Notes under the pieces: generated by a model | What the model was told of the DNA's origin: nothing | Seen by the model: the letters and a program-made list of their open reading frames with translations, nothing else | Databases searched by the model: none | Assembly (NCBI GenBank): GCA_039683575.1 | Contig: JBDKRC010000010.1 | Coordinates: forward strand, 1 to 64,000 | DNA from: Armatimonadia bacterium | GTDB lineage: Bacteria; Armatimonadota; Zipacnadia; Zipacnadales; UBA11051 | Direction of reading: 5' to 3' | DNA: 64,000 nucleotides | In this document: positions 56,310 through 64,000 of the stretch, piece by piece | How positions within the stretch are numbered: the first letter of the stretch is position 1 | How the letters are laid out: every line of letters begins with the position of its first letter | Position numbers and translations under genes: made by a program

Positions 56310-59300
56310 ATGCTAATTGCGAGATTGGTGGTGGGGATCGGTTGCCTGATCCTGATGGCCGCCTTGGCCGGGGGGGCAGCAGCGGCGCCTGGCGCCCCGA
56401 TCACACTCGAAGCCGAAGCCGCGCAGATCACCGCGGATCGGGCGGAAGTGGTGGCGCAAGACACCTTCCCGAGCAAGCAGGGCGTGTCGCTGAGAGAGAA
56501 TGTGGTCAGCAACGTTGGCCTGCCCGACACCGCGCCTGACCTGGTGTTCAGGGTGAAGGTGGCAGAGGCCGGTCGCTACTGGATCCGCACCAACGCGGCC
56601 ACGGATGCAAAGGGCACCGAAGCGATGCGAGTGGCCTCGGGGAAGGGTGCCTCGCTACGGTTGATGATCTCCGTTGACGGTAGTCGCCCGACCAAGCGCG
56701 TCGTATTCGTGCCCTGGAGCCCGCCGGGCAGTTGCATCCAGTCCACCGGCAAGTTCGATTTCAGCGGCCAGGAGCAGGAGATCAGGGTCTGGCTACCCGA
56801 AGGCATGCGACTCGACTACCTGCAGATCGCTCCCTACTCGCCCCCGAAAGTGCCGGCCGCGGCGGCCGCGTATCAGCCGACCATCGTGCCGCCCAAGTCC
56901 CGGCCGCGCCTGTGGGTGAACGAAGCGTCGCTGCCGCAAGTGCGGGCCAACCTGGACAAGGGCGAGAATGCCCCGGTGTGGGCGCGGGTCAAAGAGCAGG
57001 CAGCAAAGCCGTTCGCGTTCAGTGTCGCCCCCAACACGGAGGTAACCTACAACGCTGCGCTGGAGCAGGCCGCTGTGAACAAGGCGTTCGTCCACCTGAT
57101 GGCCGGTGACAGGGAGCGCGGAGTCGAAGCCGTGGCCCTGATGCGCACCTATCTGGCGGCAGTCCAGTTCGACAACCTGCTCGACATCACCCGCGAGATC
57201 GGCCGGGCCATCTACTCGGGCGCGCTGGTCTATGACTGGTGCTACGACGTGATGGAGCCGGCAGACCGGGACAGCATCCGCAAGGACCTGATGCGCCTGG
57301 CCGATGACATGGAGATCGGCTGGCCCCCGTTCCTGCAGACGATCGTCAACGGCCATGGCAATGAGGGGCAGGTGAACCGCGACCTGCTGTGCATGGCCAT
57401 CGCTATCTATGACGAGGATCCCCAACCCTACCGCTACTGCAGCTACCGCATCCTCGAGGAACTGGTGCCGATGCGCCGCTTCGAGTACCAGTCGCCGCGC
57501 CACAACCAGGGCATCAGCTACGGCCCCTTCCGGTTCGGCTGGGATATGCACGCCGCGTGGCTCTTCCGCCGTATGACCGGCAAGCCGGTCTTCGACGACA
57601 ACATCGGCGAGGTCTACAAGTTCTGGCTCTACATGCGCCTGCCCATCGGGCAGATGCTCCGCGATGGCGATGGTTTCTCCGACGGCCAGCAGGTGAACCT
57701 CGGACTGACGCCACTGCTCGCCTACGCCTACGCCGACGACCCGATGATCAAGGGCGACTTCCAGCGCCAGGGGGGCACGGCCAGCGATCCGATTATGTTC
57801 CTGATGCTCAATGACCCCAACCTGGCTCCACAGAAGAGCCTTGACGCCCTTCCGTTGACCATTGACTTCGGCCCGGTTCTCGGGTCCATGGTGGCCCGGA
57901 CGGGCTGGAACATGGGTGCAAACACCTCCGACGTGGTGGTTGAGATGAAGGGCGGCGGTTACCATTTCGGCAACCACCAGCACTCCGATGCGGGCAGCTT
58001 TCAAATCTACTATCGCGGGCTGCAGGCGGTCGATCTTGGCCAGTACAAGTTCTACGGCACGCCCTATGACAGCAACTTCTGCAAACGCTCGGTCGCGCAC
58101 AGCATGCTGCTGGTAGTGGACCCGGAGGAGAAGCTCCCCGGCACGAGTTCGAACGATGGCGGCACCCGCTTCAATCGCGCCTGTCCCACCACTCCCGAGG
58201 ACACGATCAACAACCCGGCATTCGCCAACGGCAAGAAGATATCGGCCAGCTTCGGCCCCGTGTCGCAGCGGCCCTTCTTCAGTTACTTCTCGGTGGATAT
58301 GAAGTCTGCCTACAGTGAGAAGATCAAGGAGTATGTGCGCACTTTCTGCTTCCTCAACCTCGGCAATGAGCAGACACCGGCGGCGCTCATCGTCCTCGAC
58401 AACGTCACGGCCGCGAAGCCCGAGTTCCGCAAGTACTGGCAGTTGAACACGCTGAACCCGCCTGAACAGACCGCCGACGGCGTGGTCCTCAGAAACAGCG
58501 CCCTGGGATTGGCCGGCAAGGTAGACGTGCGGATGCTGCGCCCGGAGCCGGAGAAGCGCGAGTTGGAGATTCTGAAGGGCGAAGACGCCTACAGCGTGTC
58601 CGGAAAGCCCTTCACGCCGCCGGACCCGGCCAAGCCGGAAGGGCATGGCTGCCGGGTTATGTTCTCGCCAAAGACGGCGCAGGCCAGCGACGTCTTCCTG
58701 ACGGTAATGCCGATGTCGGACGAGAAAGCGCCGGAGCTTCCAGTGAGCCTGGCGGAGACCCCGACAACCTTCGCGCTTACGCTGGCCGACCGGGTGGTCG
58801 TTCTGAGCAAGAATGGCAAACTACTCGATGGGCCGTTCCAAGTTCATGTGCCGACGGGCAAGCAGTACCAGTTGCTGCTCGCCGGTCTCGCTCCGGGGGC
58901 TTGGAGCATCCGCTCCACGGACGACAAGACCAGGTTCAATGCCCGCGTCGAGGCGGAAAAGAATACGGCCTTCTTCATCGTGCCGGGGGGCGACTTCATG
59001 GTACAGCCGGGAGCATTGCCTGGCGCCCCCGAGTTCCATGCCCCGGCGGACTGCATGCCGCCAGTAGCGCCGCCGCTTGCCAATCGGGTATTTCTCGATG
59101 GGCAGCTTATTCCTGTTCCGCCCACGAAGACCGCAGGCACGTGCCTGCTGCTACCCGCGACCGCGATCTTCAAGACCCTCGGCATCAAAGCAGTCGAGGC
59201 GGACGGAGCCTTGCGCGTCACAGCCGGGGACCGGATTTCGCTCTTCCGCGCGGCCGCCGATGACTTCAGCCTGAACGGCCACGTCCTCAACATGCCCGTG

Positions 59301-59831
59301 TCGGCGGTACGCGAGCAGAAGGAGTGGTTTCTCCCCGATAGCGTGCTCGCCGCGGTGACCGGTCTCGACCTCGTGCGAGACGAGGCGTCCGCCAGCGTGC
59401 TGCTCACCCGGAGCCGCATTCCCCCTCAGACTGCAGTGCTGTGGGTCGAAGCGAACAAGGACTCCGACCTGCAGGCCTTGCGTGCCATGGTGGCGGACAT
59501 TCCTGGGCGCCGGGAGTATTGGGCCGCCGAGGGGCGCGATGTTCAGTTTGAGGTGACCCTCGCGCGCCGGGCAACAGTCAAAGGAATTGGCATTCAGTGG
59601 CACCAGGGCGCCACACGCCAGGCGAAGTTCGCGCTGGAAACGAGCACCGACGGGGCTACGTGGAAGAAAGTGTTCGAAGGCGTTAGCTCCGGCAAGTCGG
59701 AGGGGCTGGAGACTTACGCCTTCGATCCACACGAAGTTCAATACGTGCGCTTCCACGGGTATGGCAACACCGTCAATCAGTGGAACTCCCTTGTCCATTT
59801 CCGCGTGATCCCGGCCGACGCCGCCCCGTGA
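56310..59831 (+). CDS. Secreted heparinase II/III-like polysaccharide lyase with a C-terminal F5/8 (CBM32-like) domain
   Basis: Signal peptide; RPRLWVN; GHGNE; HNQGISYG; ARTGW; HQHSDAGSFQIYYRG; ETSTDG...YVRFHGYGNTVNQWNS. Confidence 0.85.
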   Translation: MLIARLVVGIGCLILMAALAGGAAAAPGAPITLEAEAAQITADRAEVVAQDTFPSKQGVSLRENVVSNVGLPDTAPDLVFRVKVAEAGRYWIRTNAATDAKGTEAMRVASGKGASLRLMISVDGSRPTKRVVFVPWSPPGSCIQSTGKFDFSGQEQEIRVWLPEGMRLDYLQIAPYSPPKVPAAAAAYQPTIVPPKSRPRLWVNEASLPQVRANLDKGENAPVWARVKEQAAKPFAFSVAPNTEVTYNAALEQAAVNKAFVHLMAGDRERGVEAVALMRTYLAAVQFDNLLDITREIGRAIYSGALVYDWCYDVMEPADRDSIRKDLMRLADDMEIGWPPFLQTIVNGHGNEGQVNRDLLCMAIAIYDEDPQPYRYCSYRILEELVPMRRFEYQSPRHNQGISYGPFRFGWDMHAAWLFRRMTGKPVFDDNIGEVYKFWLYMRLPIGQMLRDGDGFSDGQQVNLGLTPLLAYAYADDPMIKGDFQRQGGTASDPIMFLMLNDPNLAPQKSLDALPLTIDFGPVLGSMVARTGWNMGANTSDVVVEMKGGGYHFGNHQHSDAGSFQIYYRGLQAVDLGQYKFYGTPYDSNFCKRSVAHSMLLVVDPEEKLPGTSSNDGGTRFNRACPTTPEDTINNPAFANGKKISASFGPVSQRPFFSYFSVDMKSAYSEKIKEYVRTFCFLNLGNEQTPAALIVLDNVTAAKPEFRKYWQLNTLNPPEQTADGVVLRNSALGLAGKVDVRMLRPEPEKRELEILKGEDAYSVSGKPFTPPDPAKPEGHGCRVMFSPKTAQASDVFLTVMPMSDEKAPELPVSLAETPTTFALTLADRVVVLSKNGKLLDGPFQVHVPTGKQYQLLLAGLAPGAWSIRSTDDKTRFNARVEAEKNTAFFIVPGGDFMVQPGALPGAPEFHAPADCMPPVAPPLANRVFLDGQLIPVPPTKTAGTCLLLPATAIFKTLGIKAVEADGALRVTAGDRISLFRAAADDFSLNGHVLNMPVSAVREQKEWFLPDSVLAAVTGLDLVRDEASASVLLTRSRIPPQTAVLWVEANKDSDLQALRAMVADIPGRREYWAAEGRDVQFEVTLARRATVKGIGIQWHQGATRQAKFALETSTDGATWKKVFEGVSSGKSEGLETYAFDPHEVQYVRFHGYGNTVNQWNSLVHFRVIPADAAP

Positions 59832-60019
59832 GACCGATTGCGCTCTGGCATTTCGGTAACTGGCACCTGATTGGGGTTGGCGATCTTGGCCCAACAGACC
59901 ACGCCCAGACCGCAGCGGTATGTCAGGGCTGAGGACCAAAGAAGGTGCTTGCCCCGATCTTGCCGAATACTCTAGTAAGGTTCTGTTAAGGAATTCGGCA
60001 CAATAAGTGGAGGTATGCC

Positions 60020-60670
60020 ATGCGCAGAGGTTTCACCCTGATTGAGCTCTTGGTCGTGATCGCCATTATCGCCATTCTCGCGGCCATCTTGTTTCCGGTT
60101 TTCGCCAAGGCCCGCGAGAAGGCCCGACAGGCTTCTTGCCTCTCAAACATCAAGCAGATGGGCCTGGCCATGCTGAGCTACGTGCAGGACTATGATGAGA
60201 AGTTCTGTTTTGCGGTCGACATCTTGGGAGCCGGCACGGCCGACGACAAGTGCTTCGACAACCTGCTGGTGCCATACTGCAAGAACCAGCAGATGTTTGT
60301 TTGCCCCTCCCGCAACACCAATCAGGTCGGGTATGGTTACAACATGCACCTCGGGGATCTCTACCGCCGCAACAATACTGCCAGCCTCGGAGCGGTCACG
60401 ATGCCCGCGAGTACTGTGTTGTTCGCCGATGCCTGGGGCCGCCCGCTCTTCGGCACTGGCGCCGGCAATATCTGCATACACGCCTGGAAGAGCAACGCTA
60501 CTTGCCAGAATCGCGCGCCATACGGTGTAGTTAGCGATACCAACATGGGCGAGGGGGCGCACAACGCCGGCAACAACTACTGCTACGTGGACGGCCACGC
60601 CAAGTGGCTGAACCAGGCCGCCGGCGTGTCCGAAACAGCCGAGCAGCGATGGTGGAACGTGTACAAGTGA
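60020..60670 (+). CDS. Prepilin-type/DUF1559-like H-X9-DG protein
   Basis: [22 protein letters not shown]...; [17 protein letters not shown]. Confidence 0.9.
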   Translation: MRRGFTLIELLVVIAIIAILAAILFPVFAKAREKARQASCLSNIKQMGLAMLSYVQDYDEKFCFAVDILGAGTADDKCFDNLLVPYCKNQQMFVCPSRNTNQVGYGYNMHLGDLYRRNNTASLGAVTMPASTVLFADAWGRPLFGTGAGNICIHAWKSNATCQNRAPYGVVSDTNMGEGAHNAGNNYCYVDGHAKWLNQAAGVSETAEQRWWNVYK

Positions 60671-60704
60671 TGCGGATCGCATCGTGATGACAATCGCCGT
60701 AGCC

Positions 60705-60739
60705 ACGCGTCCCGATCCGTCAGGCTCGGGACGCGTTTT
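60705..60739 (+). terminator. Hairpin/terminator after the pilin-like gene
   Basis: ACGCGTCCCGA...TCGGGACGCGT followed by TTT. Confidence 0.6.
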
Positions 60740-60764
60740 ACCATGCGCAAGAGAGGCTGTCGGG

Positions 60765-63700
60765 ATGAAAACGGTATCAGTATTTGCTTTGCTGTGGTTT
60801 TTCAGCGGCCTCGCCTGGGGTAGCCTGCCCGAAAACTGGACGCTGGCAGGTCAGAGCGAGGAGAAAGATGGCTGGCTGATTGCTGCCGCGCCGGCTAAGC
60901 TCACCGTCCCCCTGGCCGGCGATACCATGACGCAGGTCACGCTGCGTTGCGGCGCAATAGACCGCAAAGTGACCTGCGACGCCGCCGGTGCGGCCGGGCC
61001 ATCGCTGCATCTGGAGCTAACGGCGCGCGACGATGAATACCGGGTGGGCATCATCGGCAAGGAAGTCATCCCGCTTCCCGATTCCTGCCTGGAGTTGCGT
61101 CTCAACCAGCCGGGCAATGAAATCTTCAGGGACCGCTACTACGTCCGCCCTTACCCGCATTGGTACGAGGGCGCCGATCGCAAGCGCGTGCTGGACGGCT
61201 GGGCGCAGTTGCCCCCGGCCTCCACCCATGAGGTCGTGCTGGGCCTTGAGACGCGGGGCAATCTCGTGCGTGTCTGGGTTGATGGTCGCTGCCTCGGCGG
61301 TGCGATGCTCGACCGGCCAGCCGGCCTCACCTTCGCGCTGCCGGCAGGCGTGGCGCTGAAGGACGCGACGGTGCGCACCTTGCCGGCCAATGCCGCCTAT
61401 CTGCCCCTGAACCTGCTCGGCTACCGCCGACCGGTTGCGGGGGCGGAAACTGAACTGCCCGTTCAGCGTGGCGATATTGAGGCAAACGGCATTCCCTTCC
61501 ACGTTGGCGGACGCGGCGACGAGATTGACGTCGGCGTCTCGCGCTGGCTCGCCGAGGAGAAGGGGCCTGAGGAATACACCGATAACTACTACACCCGCAG
61601 CGCCTTCGATAGCCGCCCTGAGGACATTCTGTTGGCCGTGCCGAGCGACGACTACTCCTCCGCCCACTTCCTGTGCACGGTGGATCCCGACCCGGCCAAA
61701 ACCCCCGTTGTGACCCTCCGCCTCACCCGCTATCTCAAGGACTATTACGACTCCGGCGGTCGTGGGGATGGTATCGCGGACTCCACGATCAAGCTGGAGA
61801 AGACCGCCGGGAAGTGGCCCGCGGGCTGCCGGGAAGTGGGGATGGTACAGGTGCAGACCGCTGCCGGCCTGCGCCGGGTACCGCTGCTGCAGGTCAGCCT
61901 GCCGCTACACGGGGGCCGGATTCAGGATGTGCTGGAGGAGAAGGGGCTGTTCATCGGGCGCGGCACCGGCTACCTCGAGTTGGAGTTGACCAAGGAGATA
62001 CACGACGTAGAGACCGCCAACCACGGGGCCTACTCCACCAAGCCGCTGGGCAAGCCGAGTGGAGTGCAACTCTACGCTCTTACTTTGCAGCGCGCCCCGG
62101 TTCAGGTGCGCCTGCGGTCCCGCCGGATTGGGAACGTGTTCTACCGCGATGAGCGCCCCGCGGTGGACCTGGAGATGCGGAGCCTGCAGGAGGCCGGCTT
62201 CTCCGGCAAGCTCTCCTGGCGGATCACTGACGCCGAAGGGAAGAGCACCTCCGGAGAACGGACTGTCAGCATTCCAGCCGCCGCCCACCCGATGAAGCTT
62301 CCGGTAGACCTGCAACAGCCGCGGTACGGGTGGTTTGAGGCAGCCCTGGAGCTCCGCGACGGCGCCGGCCGTCCCGTCTGGGACACCGTTACTACTTTTG
62401 CGATTCTACCGCCCGATACTCGGAAAGCGGGTTCGGACTCGCCGTATGGCATCTGGTGGTTCGGCAAGAACCACGTTGGGACCGATAGCCTCGAGCAGAT
62501 GGCGCCGCTCCTGCAGCGCCTCGGCTACCGGCATATCTGCCCCCGTGGCTCCTACCCCGGACAGGGCGAGGACTTGGCCAAATATGGCTTGAGTCTGAGT
62601 ATGTTCGGCAACTACATCACCCGCAAAGAGGCGGGGCTGAAGTCGCTATATGAAGCTGTCGCCGCCAATCCGAAAGTCGGCTGGGACATTGTTTTCCACG
62701 AGAATGGCTTCGGCGAGAACATCGAGTTTCCGCCGGAATTCCTGGGCAAGCCCGCGCCGAAGCTGACCGAGGCCCAGCAGCAGAAGTTCAAGGAAATGTA
62801 CGAACAGGCAGTAGAGTATGCGAAGTACGTGCGCGCGAAGTACCCCCACGTGAAGCTGATCCTAGGCAACGGCTCCTTACCCTTTGCCGTCGAGTTTATG
62901 CGCCAGGGGTTTCCGCGGGAATACGTGGATGCCTTCGGTGACGAGGACCTCGGCCAGCAGTACCCGCCCGAGGCTCCACCGCAGGCCTTCAAGTCCATCT
63001 TCTGGATGCGCCAGTACGCGAAACTGTACAAATATGATGTCCCCATCACCACCACGTACGAATGGCGGGGGCGCGGCACCAATCCCGCCAATCTCAGCGA
63101 GTTGGAGCAGGCGCAACTTTACAGCCGCGACCTGCTGCAGTGTCTCGCGTACAACATGCCGCACATCAACGCTGGGCTCCTGCATGACGTCGGCGACGCA
63201 TATTTCTACAGCCGCTGGGGCTCGGGTGGCGTGTGTCACCGCTATCCCATGTGTGCCCCGAAGATCAGCTACGTGGCTCTCTCAACTCTTACCCGCGAGT
63301 TGGATCAGGCCAAGTTCCGCCGCTATCTCGACACCGGCTCCCCCAGCGTCTACGCCGAGGAGTTCAGCAATCCCGGCGGCATGGTATACGCCCTGTGGCT
63401 ACCGCGGGGAGAACGGCGGGTTAACCTCGACTTTGGTCGCGACACCAGCTTCTCATTGACGGACATGAACGGGAACATGCAGAAGCTGCGGGCGCCTAAG
63501 GGAAAGGCCACCATCAACATCTCGGCCTCCCCGCGCTACCTCGCCACCAGTACTCCGCTCAGCATCAGCCCCGCCGGGCCCACCGTCTGCGAGCCCCCGC
63601 CGTCGAAGCCGACGGTCATCGATTCGCTCGTCGCGCTTGATCAGTGGGAGGTGGCGACGGCGCCGGAGAAGGCGCTGGAGGGGGCACACTTTGACTTCCC

Positions 63701-64000
63701 GCGAAAGCTCGGCGCAGTCACGGTTTCGGTGACACCGGACGCGCAGAAGAAGCAGGCGCTGCAGTTGGCCCTAAAGCCCGAGCCGGACATGCCCTGGCCG
63801 GTGGCGAGATACGTGGTGCTGCGGGACAAGACGCCGGCGCCGGTGCCGGGCCGCCCGACATCGGTGGGCATGTGGGTGAAGGGCAACTCGTCCTGGGGGC
63901 GGGTCTTCTGGGAGTTCGAGGACGCCAGGGGTGAGCGCTTCCTGAGCATCGGCGCGCCTTGTGGCGGCTGGAGCGTGGGCGACTGGCGTTGCCAGACCTT
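60765..64000 (+). CDS. Large secreted protein, possibly clan GH-A-like (3' end outside the window; absent from the ORF track)
   Basis: ATG at 60765 gives MKTVSVFALLWFFSGLAWG signal peptide; the same frame reads ...SIGAPCGGWSVGDWRCQT at the window edge; VFHENG and TTTYEW could be the catalytic Glu motifs. Confidence 0.75.
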   Translation, partial: MKTVSVFALLWFFSGLAWGSLPENWTLAGQSEEKDGWLIAAAPAKLTVPLAGDTMTQVTLRCGAIDRKVTCDAAGAAGPSLHLELTARDDEYRVGIIGKEVIPLPDSCLELRLNQPGNEIFRDRYYVRPYPHWYEGADRKRVLDGWAQLPPASTHEVVLGLETRGNLVRVWVDGRCLGGAMLDRPAGLTFALPAGVALKDATVRTLPANAAYLPLNLLGYRRPVAGAETELPVQRGDIEANGIPFHVGGRGDEIDVGVSRWLAEEKGPEEYTDNYYTRSAFDSRPEDILLAVPSDDYSSAHFLCTVDPDPAKTPVVTLRLTRYLKDYYDSGGRGDGIADSTIKLEKTAGKWPAGCREVGMVQVQTAAGLRRVPLLQVSLPLHGGRIQDVLEEKGLFIGRGTGYLELELTKEIHDVETANHGAYSTKPLGKPSGVQLYALTLQRAPVQVRLRSRRIGNVFYRDERPAVDLEMRSLQEAGFSGKLSWRITDAEGKSTSGERTVSIPAAAHPMKLPVDLQQPRYGWFEAALELRDGAGRPVWDTVTTFAILPPDTRKAGSDSPYGIWWFGKNHVGTDSLEQMAPLLQRLGYRHICPRGSYPGQGEDLAKYGLSLSMFGNYITRKEAGLKSLYEAVAANPKVGWDIVFHENGFGENIEFPPEFLGKPAPKLTEAQQQKFKEMYEQAVEYAKYVRAKYPHVKLILGNGSLPFAVEFMRQGFPREYVDAFGDEDLGQQYPPEAPPQAFKSIFWMRQYAKLYKYDVPITTTYEWRGRGTNPANLSELEQAQLYSRDLLQCLAYNMPHINAGLLHDVGDAYFYSRWGSGGVCHRYPMCAPKISYVALSTLTRELDQAKFRRYLDTGSPSVYAEEFSNPGGMVYALWLPRGERRVNLDFGRDTSFSLTDMNGNMQKLRAPKGKATINISASPRYLATSTPLSISPAGPTVCEPPPSKPTVIDSLVALDQWEVATAPEKALEGAHFDFPRKLGAVTVSVTPDAQKKQALQLALKPEPDMPWPVARYVVLRDKTPAPVPGRPTSVGMWVKGNSSWGRVFWEFEDARGERFLSIGAPCGGWSVGDWRCQT

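Noticed and set aside
56793-58646. 617-aa minus-strand ORF
   Set aside because: Antisense shadow of the heparinase-like gene
60777-63949. Many short ORFs in the track
   Set aside because: Explained as alternative frames of one long plus-strand CDS from 60765 that has no stop inside the window

Overview
GC-rich bacterial chromosome segment. Five near-identical prepilin-type N-methylation/DUF1559-like genes with an H-X9-DG motif, set among very large secreted CAZyme-like genes, suggest Armatimonadota (inference). Left to right: the end of an IS4-family (IS186/IS231-like) element inserted in a REP-like palindrome; a TtuA/TtcA-like gene; a GH42-like giant protein; dinB with a LexA box; a B12 radical SAM enzyme; tRNA-Pro; an M20 peptidase; a 12-kb co-directional cluster of esterase, three pilin-like genes, a LamG/beta-helix protein, a methyltransferase and a GH-like protein; a cobalamin riboswitch in front of a lone pilin-like gene; and a Fur/PerR-ferritin-FprA-rubredoxin-OFOR cluster. 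A ~21-kb integrative, satellite-like element follows (35027-55976), inserted in the 3' end of tRNA-Asp. Its att site lies inside the large serine recombinase gene, and that gene's antisense strand supplies the tRNA terminator. Its backbone is two serine recombinases, an NrS-1-like primase-helicase and a MerR-type HTH. Its cargo is defence-related: type I R-M with an embedded GmrSD, nuclease-less PUA-like and SRA domains, a type III Res remnant, and an unclassified REase-STAND NTPase with 34-aa Trp-rich repeats. The window ends with heparinase II-like, pilin-like and GH-like genes. All calls come from motif reading only; no database searches were run.
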